A stretch of 61,663 nucleotides of DNA, counting the filler, from Choristocarpus tenellus KU-1152 (Eukaryota > Protista > Phaeophyceae), in assembly GCA_964200185.2 (NCBI GenBank). It is 7 parts of 7 records of this genome, joined end to end, with 100 filler letters (N's around TTAATTAATTAA, not from the genome) between each part and the next. Parts side by side here need not be neighbours in the genome. Positions count along the whole stretch, not along the records: positions 35,296 to 46,693 come from CAXNAD020002338.1; positions 46,794 to 51,142 come from CAXNAD020014984.1; positions 51,243 to 57,598 come from CAXNAD020008316.1; 4 more parts are not named here. The stretch is one strand, 5' to 3'. The position numbers and the translations under genes were made by a program. The first letter of the stretch is position 1, and each line of letters begins with the position of its first letter. This document shows positions 38,701-51,679 of the stretch, one piece after another. The notes beneath the pieces were generated by a model. It was not told where the DNA came from, did not search any database, and was given only the letters and a program-made list of their open reading frames with translations.

Positions 38701-41700
38701 AGAAGGATGGCAAGGGTGATAGTAGAAAGGATGAGAGGGATCACACAGATCATTCTTGGGAGGGAGATTTACCTTCAGTAGTTCCTGAGGGGTCAGTTGG
38801 TGGGAAGGGAGGAGGAATCGTTACCCACAACAGTGAGGCTTCAGTTGGGGTGCCCATCCCTAACCACGGGTCGAGGGGGAGGAAGTTTGGAAGGGAAGGT
38901 AAGAAAAATAGTGATGGTGTTCACCCTAGTAGTAGTAGCAGTGGCAGAACATTGTTCTGGGAGTGGATGCAAACAGCAGTGAGTTTGGGAAAGAGGAGCT
39001 GGTTGTGGGGATTGCTCAGGAGCAGGACCAAGGTCGAGGTCAAGGTCATCCCAACTGAGGGCTCAGATGGCTTGGGAGGATCACGAGTATCGGCAGACAG
39101 AACAGACCCAACGCATACAAGAAAAAGTCTGCTCAAGGCAAGTTTTTGAATTTTCCGTGCCTAGGTGAGGATTTGTAGTCCATGTTCAAGTATCAAAGAT
39201 CGGTGTCTCAAGTAAAGGTGGCCATGAAACAGGGTTATATCCGGTGATTAGAGATGGAATGACACAGCCTCTAAGCCTTTTCCCAGAGAGGTAACGGACT
39301 GTCTACACAAGCACTTCGTGTGTGGTATATTGAGGTCTAATGGTTGCTAATTAGAACAAGTAATGGTGATATGCCCCAAGGGATACATTCCGAAGAACTT
39401 TTGATATCAACTGAGATATACTGTGAATACTCCCTTCTACTGTGCACACGGGTACCATAATTATATTTACCCCCGTAAATCCAAAACGTTGATTTGATGG
39501 ACACCTAGGTCGATCTAGAAGCAGGAACAGGGATGGCTCCTCCAAAGAGCCCTGCCAGGTCTCCTCCTCCTTCTCCTTCTCCTTCACCTGTGACTTCGAC
39601 TGCAGGGACCTCCATGCCTACAGCAGCTACTTGGGTGATGTCATTGGGCACTGAAAAGAATGCATGTGATGGCAATAATGAAGAGTTTGTTGTTTCTGGG
39701 GAAGGCAACTCAAGTGGTAGAGGCACACCCAGCAATAGACGAAGCATGGGAAATACTGCAAGTGGAGGTCAACAAGATAAGGGTTCGGAAACTGCAGGAT
39801 TGGGAGAAAAGGATGGGGGAGGGGGGGGCTGTAAGGAACCCTTGGATAGTTCTACATATGGCGAATGCTGGTCTGATGATGACATTGCACAGGATCCGCT
39901 TTATAGCTTTGAGCCATCTGGGGAGGCAGCAAACACAGCTGACGCAGCTGCCGGCCTGGCTCGTGCTCATCCTTCTTGGTCTGCTAGCACAGAAACGGGA
40001 TCCAGCAAGGAATGGAAAGACAACTGCAATGGTTTATCAGGAAGGGTGAGAAAAAGGGGTGAAGGAGCAAGGTGGGATGACATGGGACTGGGGCTGACGT
40101 CCTCACTGAAGGAGACACCAGGTCGTGGAGGTAACAGTAGTGATGTCACACGAAGAGTTCAGCTGGAAGGGTTGAACTTTGGAAGAAGGTAAGCATTTCA
40201 ACACAGCAATAGGCATTAAAGGTCGTTTGGGAAGTGCACCTGCACCGCAATTACGTGATGTGGAGTCCCTGTTTACGTGTCTAAGCCATAAGGGAGCATT
40301 TAGCGTGTAGAGTCACAGTCTACGTTGGGCTTGAGGACTAGGTGGTACATAATGGAAGCAGTACTTACAGGGATAGGAATTTCTTTGTCTTATGAAATGA
40401 TGGGAGGCACTTGTTTTGAAACCTCGACCACAGTACCTTCTCAAGCTTGAACTCCATCCCTTGTATTTCAACATAGAGTGGCGCCACATATGTGCTGAGT
40501 CATTCCATATTGAGGGGGTTAGAGAGGGATTAAGAATGAGGGTAACCATTTTCGACTAAATGTCCCCATAAAAATACTCTGTCGTAATGGTTTGGACAGT
40601 AAAATGTACACTACTCAACTTTGGTGCGGGTTTGGTGTGGAATGTGTCTAAAGATCGTTTATCTTGCTGCCTGCTAATAGCTTTCTGGAGCACAGCCTAT
40701 AACGATCCTGTTGGCATTAGTTGGTGGTACTTACGAAAGGGATGAGGGTGGAGGCAACAACTGTTAGACGACCAAGGTCAGACACCCTTCAGTACGTAAA
40801 TTCGTGCCAGTTGTTTATTGGGATTATGATGAGGAACAGGATAAAATGCTGTGGAGAAGGTAACATTGTCTTCCACTGACCCAAAGTATCTGGGGGGGTG
40901 GGGGGGATCTACACAAGGTTGTCCATTTGGACCAAAATCGGGAAAGGTGCATTCATATTATCCATCGGACGTATGGCAGCTGAATCACCAAAAAATCGTG
41001 ATATGAAAAAAATGACCCAAATGGACAGCCGCCACCCCCTCCGAGATACTTTGAGCCACTCCCATTAATGCCATTTTTTAACTTCATTTGTGCTGAGCAC
41101 TCTTTAGTTCGCCTTTTGCGACCGCTATGGCCCCTGCTTTGAGTTGTGATGCATTGCTGCACATTTATATTGTTTCATTATCACCACTACCTCTGCTTGG
41201 TCAAACATGTCAATGTACTGTATGTACTAAGTATGTAGTACAGTAATCCGACCCTAACACTTTGACTGTGCCTTACAGGGTATCACCTTGTGAGCAGTGG
41301 ACATGGTCGCCACTGACCAATCCTGAGGAAAGGAAGCAATTTCGTTTTGCTGTGGCACCTGAGCCAGGTGTGCAAACACAACAAAGCAAGAAGTGTCATG
41401 CCCTTAACTAATTTGCTCTTTGAGATCCACCTTGACAATAACGCCTTCAACTCTGAACCTCAGTGTTGAAGGCTACAATGCAGCCTGGGTGCCACCACCA
41501 TCTCAGCTCTGTCTCCTCTACTACACTCAACCGTGTACGAAAATTAGCTGCTTTGCCCTTGATGCACAATTACCACAACCCTTGACTCATTTCGGAGAAT
41601 AGGTAAGGGCAGTGTGCCCGGTCCAGACGCTGTTGTGCGCCACAAGCTGCGCTACCTTCGGCATGAGGTTATGCCTGATCTCAGCCCAAGAAACTGCAAG

Positions 41701-44440
41701 TCACTAGAGTACTGTCTTACACTAGTCCTGGGAGCGTCTGCCTTATGGCTGCGTATGTATTTACACTTCCTTGGGCAATGGGCACTGCTACGGGTCTGTG
41801 GTGTCCCAGTCTTTGGATTTTCTGTAAGTTGGGGGGGGGGAGAGGGGGGAAGGGGGGCAATTAATCTTGACAGGGGCGTTAATTTCTCACTCTTACTGCT
41901 CAGATGTCAGAAGTTGGACATCTAGAAGCTACTGCAGTGGCAGGGTTGGGTGCAGAGAGCTCAGGGACTGAAAAAACGACCAATGCCATAGACACCAGCA
42001 CTGCAGAGTCCTGTTCTTGTGGGAAGTTAGAGATATCATGGATTTCATGCCTGGAATTCTGTTAACCCTTTAATCCTCCAGTCACAACAAATGTTGTGCC
42101 CTCAAAGCATTAGGGAATAAAATCAGGAAAGTTGTGCAACTTTTGCTGACGATATCTTCAACCAAAGAGTCCACTCATTGGCATCAACTCCCCTCGAACC
42201 CTCCTCCTATGCTCTCCTAGTCCACATCCCGCACAACCTTTATATTTACATTCAGAAAAATTGTCCCACACCTCTCCTCTTCCTTCCCACCCCCTTCACC
42301 ACTGCAGCCAGGCCTCTACACTTTCCCCGTGAAGTACTTGCGCAGTTCAGTGGGCCTTCACCTTGAGGTCGGGGTTGTTGCCTGGGGTCCTATATTTACT
42401 TCCTTGTGTTTCGCTCTCCTAGCAGCTTGGGCACGTTTCCTTTTTATCTGTGGTCTCCCTGAGGCAATCTCTCAATTTACTGTGGCCTTTGGCGTGGCCA
42501 CTGTATTTGATCCGCTTCTTGTATTGGCTGTGGATCTGTTGGCGGGGAACCATGGGTGCAGCAACCGGTGCATAGACTACACATCTCCCCTGTGCAGGTG
42601 CCATGAGGGGGATGCATGGAAGTTGTACACATGGCTGGAGAAAGAGGAGGCTGCGGGCATTGCAGGGGCACTTGCTACATTTTTAGTGAGTATAATGTAG
42701 GAGGTTGAGGTAGGGTTAGATGGATGTGTATAGTGGGCAGGGCAGGGAGAGGGCAATGTGAAAAGGGATATGAAATAGTAGGAATATCTTGAAGGAAAAT
42801 GTGATATTGGGGAGGGGATGAGATACCTCTTGCCCAATACCCAGCCATTCTACTAGTGTTGCATAGTACATGATGACATTTCCTTGCTTTTTCATCTAAG
42901 CATTTTGACATACATTATTGGGAGTTAGGAAGTTAGGTATCTGCAGTGCTCAAGGTTACCCCTGGCAATGAGGTTGAGTTGTTTCTTACCTACTCTGTGG
43001 TATTAGGTTTTTTCTAGCGGGGTTCAGTGTCGTCTTTCTAGCATGTGTTGGAGATATCATACTTCGAACTAGTATCTCCAGTCCAATCCCTCAAGGGGGA
43101 ACCTTGATTTTGATCATTTTCTTCGAGGGTGGTTCAGTGGGGTTACTGGGTGGATCAGGGGGCAAAGAGCATACTGCCTTCTAGCTTTTAGTCAGTTCAA
43201 AACAGGTTCCTATGTGATAGATTGAGATGTACCCCCAATTTGATGGAAGGCCGGATTATCTTCTGCAGTAGGAAAAAAGACCAGGCCAGGGAGAATTGTT
43301 GAAACCAACAAAACGTGCAACAATGGGGTCCCTGTACAAGGGAGTCTACCATCCACACAAGCAGTAGTGACTATAAGCAGGGTCTCACTCTATGAGGAGA
43401 GTTTTAACAGTGGTGTAATGTTTTGAATCTAACTTGCCTCATTCATGTTTCACTACCCAAGAGGTATAAACTCATAACCTTGGGTCTACAATGGACACTT
43501 CTGGATCAGTCCCTCCGCCATGCGCACTATTACTTGAAATAAAATAAAAAATGATCGCCATCTAACTTGGTGGAGATTTTCAAATCGGCCACCAAATTTC
43601 GTTCCTAAGTTCTGCCCTTGCACATAGATATATTCGCTTTATCGTTCCTTGTGCCAGCGTAGTAGTCATCCTTCCCTACCTTACCCCGCTCCCCCCGCAG
43701 TCTATGCACTCCTCAGTGTTCTCTTTCTTGGTTTTCATCATCTGCTCCCCTGCCATCTATCCTCCCTCTTCCCATTGCCCAATGGCCAGATCTACTTTGC
43801 AACAGTTGCAACAGCAACAACGTTTCTATTTCAGTATCTTATTCATATCCATATGAGCGGCCGGATCCTGGACGTATGGCGCCGCCTACATGCCCCTGAT
43901 GACGCCTTCTTTGTACCTCATGACCTGGAGATCTCGCTGGCAGAGCTTAGGCACATTTGCGCCCTAGCTCGTAAATGGAGGGCGCCTGATGGCATTCACA
44001 GAGTAGTGGTAGCCCAGGAACACAAAATGAGCAAATCAGCTCTTCAGGGAGGGATTGGTACGTCTAGAAAGGGACAAACACATAAGGTTGAAGGCGACAG
44101 TGAGTATATCACAGACCAAGTGATGACCCACGTGGCAATTTATGATGTTGACCGGGCGGGTGTGCAACAGAGGATCCATCGGTATTTTCTGCGAACACCA
44201 GAGGGTATTATACTAGAGTTATTTAAAAGAAAGGGACTGAAGCAGGGCCACGCTTTGATGCTGCCAGAGGAAGGCAAGAGCAGACTGGTTGAGGCGGCTG
44301 GGGAAGGGTTGAATGATGTTGAACCAGAGTCACAAAAGAGTGCTATTCCAACATTTTTTGAGGGAGTTGACTCAATGTCGTCCATGGAATGCCCTCCAAA
44401 GGACATCGAGAGTGGACAAGTAGAACAGGCAGTTGGATAG
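35703..44440 (+). CDS. OFCC1: OFCC1-like protein (N-terminal soluble domain + multi-pass membrane region), 5'-truncated by contig end
   Basis: Exons 35703-35852, 36457-36540, 37177-37326, 38505-39137, 39509-40188, 41279-41367, 41603-41823, 42308-42685 and 43790-44440 are phase-consistent; two donors are GC. Segments DRVVAWAVLP, WLGNLYLEV, WLRMYLHFLGQW, DPLLVLAVD, DAWKLY and GRILDVWRRLH...FFVPHDLEIS match OFCC1-family sequence as recalled. Confidence 0.8.
40878..41057 (+). mobile_element. MITE family B (~180 bp, G-rich TIR) in an OFCC1 intron
   Basis: GACCCAAAGTATCTGGGGGGG ... CCCCCTCCGAGATACTTTGAGCC. The flanks are (C)ACT on both sides. Confidence 0.85.
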
Positions 44441-46793
44441 AGTTAGATATAGTCTCCTGTGTCATTCCTGCTTGCCAGCAAGCCGAAGAGTAGGCCATTT
44501 TCGATCCCATGAAGAGCAGTCAAAATTGCACTCTTTAAAGTCTTTTAGAAGGCAGTAGTTTCGAGGTATTTCACACAACCTTTGGCAGCATTCATCCCCA
44601 CTGAGTTCTGTCCAGAACACCTGAGGTATGCTGCATAATTTACGTATTGTGCAAGTGTTGGAAGTCCTTCAGCTTCCTGCATTCGCACTGTTTTACTCAC
44701 AGTCCCTTCATTTCACCATAGAAAGTACCAAGCATGTAGCACTTATATTTATCGCCAAGGGATGACAGGTACTCCACTTGTGTGCCCAACCATGTTAGAA
44801 CAAGGTATTTTTGTTGCATAGTGACCGCCCCCATAAGATATGGGATCTATCAGTAGTATAGGCCACTGCGTGTAGAATGTTTGGGTAGAAAATTTCTCAA
44901 TTTAAACAACACTACCTTCTCTTACCATGCACGAGCCACATGCTCGATTGTATATGAGAAAAATATAGCGTTCTTTTCGTTTATCACACTGGCCTCGCAA
45001 GTATGCCATTCATAAACATTTCAACATGATGATGAGGGATTGTAGTATGTAACTTTATCACAATGATGCCCTTTGCAACAGGGCGAACTGACCTTTTATC
45101 ATAATGTAAAACTAGTACTACTCCTACCAATAGTACCTGTGAAGGAAGCAGGCGTTTGCCCACCCACAGTTGCTTGGTCTCTCTCTGGCGTATCCCGCTT
45201 GTTGCTCCTTGTTTCCGGTATTGCTCTGCTCAGTAGAGTAGTTGTGAACCGCGACAGTTCAGTTGAGGTAGATTTGTTCTATCTAAAACACTAGTCAAAG
45301 TCGAGATGAGTAAATTTTGAGTACTTTTTTGCTTTATTTATTGCACTTTTGCAGTTTGCTTTGGACTGAGCCAAAGTAAAGGAGAGGCATCCAGAGTTGC
45401 ACTTGAACGATGCTGACAAACTTGCAAAATATGGCTTTTTGTACAAATGAGTAGAGGGAAATTTATGGATTTTGTCACAACTGTTGAAACAAGAGAGAAT
45501 ACACCCTCGAAGCAATCTTCGAACTCCATCCATTGAAATATGGGCGAACTGCAAAAGATGGAAAAAATGTCTCAAAATGCAACAATGACCAAAGCCTGGG
45601 TACCTCTCATTTACTCTGGGTCACTACCTAGAGATTCTTGCCGCTTTTCCTCGCATTCACCTCACACCTCACAATCCTCAACACTTCAACTACATCAAAT
45701 TAACTTAATCATTCCGAGTCGATTCATAACACAACCATAATATTTCAATTTACAACACCAGAAAATACTAAATGGCGTGAATTACTTTTTATACATAGTA
45801 TGCAGACATATCAGGTCGTGATATCAAGAGGCATTACCCATAGTATCCTACAGGGTGGTATGTTAGACAAGGCCGTCTGTTCAAGGCTTGATGAGGTGCT
45901 GAAAAAAAATCCCAATTTGAGTCCGTTTTACCGGTGTTTTTTTTTCGGATTTGGTCCAGGCAGGGGGCTGGAAAAAGAAAGGTGCTTCCAGATGAAGGAA
46001 ATTATCCTTATATCTGACACATTCACTCAAAGGCTCCGAATGGACGCTTAAGCCCCCCTCAAAGATACTATTGGTCATATGCAAGGTCCATTTGACGTAA
46101 TATACGTACGTGTGCGCGCCGAATACCAACGTCAATGATATCTGAAAAACTATTTCAACCTATGGCTTGCTTTGAAGTGGTTGTTAAATTGCGAATTGGA
46201 GCAAATATGAGCGTGATTGTACTCAATACTTGGCAGAAATTAAATGGTGCCTTCCTTCCAAGGTCGCATCAGAATCAAAGCACAAAGTTATACTTCGAAT
46301 ATATAGCACTGTTTCTGCTAGAACTACGTATGGATGGTTTGCTACTATATGTTCTGATCTTTCTCGTGCTTCCCCCCCCACTACGATGCTGCAGGTAGGC
46401 ACAGTAATCACCCCTGCGAGCTGTCAAACTTGACAGAATGGGACTTCCCCACCCCCAACCCCCTACCCCCTTTCAAAACAGCTCATTCTTCCTTCGAGGT
46501 GCAGATGGAATAGGCCAATTTCATCATGTTGCTACATGTTGAATAGTGAAGCAGTTCGAAAATCACTGAAGGGAAGTTCACTACAACACACCACTAACTG
46601 AAAATAGTGTTTCTTCTTAATACTTCTAAGTGTGTGGAAAGCATGTTTGTCTGTTATTATACCGTATTGCTCGTATGCCATATACCGTTATACNNNNNNN
46701 NNNNNNNNNNNNNNNNNNNNNNNNNNNNNNNNNNNNNTTAATTAATTAANNNNNNNNNNNNNNNNNNNNNNNNNNNNNNNNNNNNNNNNNNNN

Positions 46794-46862
46794 CAAGAAT
46801 CGCGACATGAAAAAATTGACCCCAAGTGGACAGCCGCCACCCCCTCCCAGATACTTTGAGCC
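46794..46862 (+). mobile_element. MITE family B right end at contig start
   Basis: TGGACAGCCGCCACCCCCTCCCAGATACTTTGAGCC. Related terminal fragments lie at 31385-31428, 35174-35195, 35296-35315, 51101-51142, 56545-56572, 57558-57598 and 61638-61663. Confidence 0.8.
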
Positions 46863-47162
46863 TATGTCCATGGTAATTATGTCCATACGCCCAGCAACAC
46901 ATGTTTTTCGCAAGCGCGTTTATCTGTGCGCGCACTTACGTCAATATACCGAAAGGAACAAAAAAGTGTGGGGTGGTCACACACCTTGGGAGGTGTTCAA
47001 ACGTACGGTACACAAAAAGTATTGTACCGAGGGTTTTTACCTCAGGCAAACTTTCTTCCGTCTTACTACTAATATAACGCATAGGTACGTAATAAACATC
47101 TTATATTAGATCTGATGGGGATATGGTCGGTATGTGTCTGTGCTGTTGCTATGTTGTCCCCG

Positions 47163-47348
47163 AGGGGACGAACCTCACTTGACGGAAGTGCAATGCCAAG
47201 GAAATCCAGCTAGAGTGCTGCAAGCGACACTGGATCCAGCTATTTCAAAAACAGGTGTGAAATTTGATCTCCATTGGAGATCATCTAGTTTTCACACTAG
47301 ATAGAACAGATACTACACATGATCTTAGCCAAAAGGCCGAGAAGGTAT
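47163..47348 (-). ncRNA. U2: U2 spliceosomal snRNA
   Basis: The minus strand reads AUACCUUCUCGGCCUUUUGGCUAAGAUCAUGUGUAGUAUCUGUUCU, with the branch-point pairing GUAGUA. Also present: stem IIa AUCUAGU/ACUAGAU, stem IIb GAUCUCC/GGAGAUC, IIc complement UUUCACAC, a U5 Sm-like site and stem IV loop AUUGCAC. The 3' end is approximate. Confidence 0.96.
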
Positions 47349-47979
47349 GGTGTAAAGACTTTCGACAAAATGGATCTTAAACCTAAAATTAATTATCCCA
47401 TATACACTTGTAACAAAACCCAGCATGATCGATCTCGGTCCTTCTTTAGGTAATAATTATTATTGCTTCCTATCTGCTATGACTAGTGCAAAGTATCAAA
47501 ACAAATGACTCCAGGTAGCCAGATTGGCACCGTGAGCCTTGACGTTCAAGTATTTTGCCGTGTGCCAATATATACAGTACATTAGGAACATCGTGAATTG
47601 TGCCTCTATGCTAATAGATACTAGATCGCTCATCATTCCCCTATGTTCCTACGAGGGGCAGACAGTTAATGTCATCTCTACTTGTTGCTGAGGGGTGGCG
47701 AAAGAAGAGAACCTCATGCATGCCGCCAGAGAGAAGGCGAGGACACTAGAGATAGTGAAAATAGTGATGCAGAAGAAGCAGAGTTTCTTCCCGCATTCTA
47801 ACAAGCGCGAGCAGTACACACGGTCAATTCTCATCTCTCTTTTCAGGTAAACATTGAGATGGTTGAGTCAGAGAGTGATTAGTTTTCTTCTATGGTATCT
47901 GTCATAGCCCGGGCCTGAGGTCCGTTCACTTAACAAAACAAACAGGAGTGCTACCAGCGTGGTTATTGTTGTGAGTATT

Positions 47980-48238
47980 TATTCAAAGTATCTTAGAGGA
48001 TAGAGCCACGTCTGTTTGGGGGAAAAAATCGGATATTCCGATTTCGATGTAATTTTGGATATCGTATTTGTTAGGAAGTGTCAGTGTCCTTGTTCCAGAC
48101 ATTACTTTTCATAACGTACACATTTAACCTACTCCGAAACATTTCAGCGTAGGAAAATACCATAAAAAACCCCGTGGGAAGCCAAGCCCCAAATGGACAA
48201 ACAGGGCAAAACCCATACCCTCTAAGATATTTTCACTC
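47980..48238 (+). mobile_element. MITE family A copy
   Basis: CAAAGTATCTTAGAGG ... CCCTCTAAGATATTTTCACTC with a homologous body. TSD not preserved. Confidence 0.85.
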
Positions 48239-50288
48239 TTTGCTGAGTGTGATGGTGCAAGTAGTATTTTACTACTTCAGACCCTAGACGTGTGCCGGAA
48301 CGTATATTTGTCCCAGAACACGACTTGTTACTACTACGGTATTATTGTGGTGGCTGATGGTGTTGTATCATGGGTTAGCTTCATTCGTGCTATCTGTTTT
48401 TAGACCAAAGTCTGAGCATACACGGAAATGGTTGACCCAGGACATTATTTGTTCTTATTTTGGTGGCTGATGGGGTCCTGGCCTGGGATCCGTTAATCAC
48501 TCACTTGCTCATTTTCTTGCTGTCTGGCTACTACTTCTTCTTAGCAAGGTACTGGTGCCCCCTCTGCCTCCTCGTACAAACTGGAGCCGTCACCCTCCTC
48601 CTAATCCTGACCTAGAGGTCTGTTTCACCCTCATTTTGGATTGAGCTCGATGGAGGAGCTTGCCTTTCTGCGCCTCTTGCATCAGAAAGAATTGACATTC
48701 TCATCCTCTTGACTTCATCCTGAAGAGAGCCTGTCTTGGCTCGGCCTCCACATTGATAAGAGCTGTTATCATCCTGTGGGCCCCACCCCCCAATAGAACA
48801 GTCTGTGATATCAAAGCAACCGTAGGGCCTAGTTTGTCTTTCTAAGGGAAAATACTGTTGATAGAGGAAGGGCAGAAATACAGCAACGAAGAGAAGGAAG
48901 AAAAATAGAGAGAATACTGATTGTAGCTAAGAAGGGGCAGCCAACAAAACCTAGGCATACAACTTGCTGCTGGCAACACTCAGTAGCTGGGACAGGGGGG
49001 CGTCATTAATGTCGTCAACATCCCCAGGTCCTATGGGAAAAAGAGGAATAGAAAATCAAGTGTCACGTCCCGTCCATCCAACCCCGACATCGTCTGTCGT
49101 ATATTAGACCACGGGAAAGAGGAATGTCAGAAACAATCAACCCTAAGGAAAGAGACTGGCGAGAAAAAGCATCTTTCAGCAGGGTTTGGTGAGAATGGAT
49201 GTGACTCAATCTGCTTGGGTTGGCTCAGGCGCTGCTTTTGCATGACGGATGTTGGCAATCACAGCTTCTGTACAGTGCCACTGGTCTATGCATCTCTTTT
49301 TTGGCTCAGTCACCACACACACTCGTAACCATTGTGTTGGTTTATTGCCCTTGTTCTCGATCCCTCAACCGAGCATGGCATCACGAATGCCTAGGTTGTC
49401 TTGCAGGCACACCCACACCAGCTCTTCTCCTGTCCACCTTCTCGCTTCTGTTTTCCATCTACAAGATCATGCAGGGTAGGGTGAATTTATGATGATTAGG
49501 GCAAAGCATTACATAGTGAACTTGTTGGTGTGAGTGCCCACATCACAAAACCATGAAACAGGAAACCAAGCACTCGAGCCTTGAGCAATCGAATCTAAAT
49601 AGTGAGCTAACATGATATGCCTGTGTTCGCACGTTACCAAAGTGTGTACTGCTCCACCACAAAGAAGACGAGTAATGATGTAGAATGCGGTATTCAAGTT
49701 ACAGCGAATAGTGTGTCCTATCCGTAAGGGAAGGGTGTTGTCCTACCCTTCATAATAATCCAAGCAAACAACCTTAGACGTTACCAAACAATATATTTCC
49801 TAGAACATTGCTCGAACATGACGATATCCAAATACTCCTTTCCACCACTCATGAATTACTCAAGTCACACTACAATACTACAAAAACATTTCTTACTTCA
49901 TGTATACTAATAGGAACATTGAGTGTGTACAGTACTAAAGTGCATGTTACTATGCGAATAGCCTTTGTTTCTGTCATGAAGCGGTTGGCTGAACGTCTGG
50001 AAAGAGTCTGAGGCTCTTTGAGCCCGCCCCGTTCATCGGCTGATCTTGGCTGTAAATCGGTCTCACCACTGATGGTGACTCCAAGATGAAAAACTTATCA
50101 GTCTGTTTGAGGGTCTGGGCCAGGCAGGTCCCGAACCTGTGTTGTTTCTGTCTGCGATGATGTTGGGAGGTCGAAGGTATAGGTAAGCAATGTTGGTATG
50201 TGTGTGGGTGTATGAACATATATACGCATTATTTTTATAACGGACAAAATTACATACAGGTATCAATAACAATTGTGAAGTGGTAATT

Positions 50289-50547
50289 GAGTCGAATTAT
50301 CTTGGAGAGTAGAGTCGCGTCCGTTTGGGGGCCAAAATCCAACGTTGCGATTTTGATGTAATTTTGACGGTTGTTTTTGTTAGGAAGTTTCAATATCCTT
50401 GTTCCGAACACACTTTTAACAACATACACATTTTTTTTTACTCTGAAGCATTTCGGAGTTGGAAAATGTCATAAAAAACCCCGTTGGAGCCCAAGCCCCA
50501 AATGGACAAACAGGACAAAATCCGTACCCTCTAAGATACTTTCAATC
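50289..50547 (+). mobile_element. MITE family A copy
   Basis: GAGTCGAATTATCTTGGAGAG ... CCCTCTAAGATACTTTCAATC with a homologous body. Confidence 0.85.
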
Positions 50548-51679
50548 ATTACATCTACCTTCCTAGCAGATGTCCAGGGTTTGAATCACTGCCATTGTAA
50601 TTTTCGTTTTCCTCACGAATTTTGGATTACTTGCTTAACTACCCCACTCTCAACCTCATATCCTTTCCACTCATCTACTGACACCACAACACCACCTTGT
50701 TACCTCGCCAACTCCACACCAACATATTGTTACCACAACAACTATGCGGCCACTTTCAGTGTATCCACTCCCAAATCAATGCAGTCAATTTTTGTGTACG
50801 GTATCCACTCCCACACCAACGCGACCAATATTCGCTTATGATATCCAATCACTAACTAAAGCGGCCAATTCCAGCGTTTCCGCTCTCAAACCAACCGTAG
50901 TCTAAATTTTACCTCATTGTTACGACTTTTCCTGGTTCACTAGATTATTTCTATTTCCCCAATGATGTGCCCGAGATCAAACCCGGTTGAAGTTATATTC
51001 CTAGCACCTCCAAATTTGGAAAAACAGGAAGGGATAAAAAAAATGTATCAAAGGGTTTGTTATGTATGAACAAAGAGAAAGTTATCATTTACAGACAAAA
51101 GCCTCAGAGTATCTGGGGTGGGGTGGGGTGGGTCTACACCAGNNNNNNNNNNNNNNNNNNNNNNNNNNNNNNNNNNNNNNNNNNNNTTAATTAATTAANN
51201 NNNNNNNNNNNNNNNNNNNNNNNNNNNNNNNNNNNNNNNNNNCAATAATGATAGCAAAAAAGCAACATTTGAATTCGGTCACACAAAATGAACGCAACCC
51301 TACCACTAACATATTACGACCAGCACCCATGATACCAACCCTAGCCCTGAGAGAAATAAATAACCCACCACATTTTCAACACTTATCGAAATCCGCAATT
51401 GACAGATTTCACCTCGGATCAAAAATGTAGTCATAGAATAAATCGAAAGGCTCATAGACGAAAGGGCCACTGCAGCGAATTTGACCGAACCTTTTTCGAT
51501 ATTTGGAACATGTGTTGCTGTCCCTTTCGATGGGAGTAATCAGACAATTGGTTTGAAATAGAAGGAAGATTCCACGATGCAATTTCGCGCACCACGACAT
51601 CCGTCCGTCCAGGATGACGTGGTAACACCTTCGATATGCGCATGTAAGGGATCCGATACTTTTGGAACATTTCCGATAA

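Noticed and set aside
47690-47846. Purine-rich open segment ending in AG|GTAAAC
   Set aside because: Could be an exon, but neither frame nor family can be assigned.
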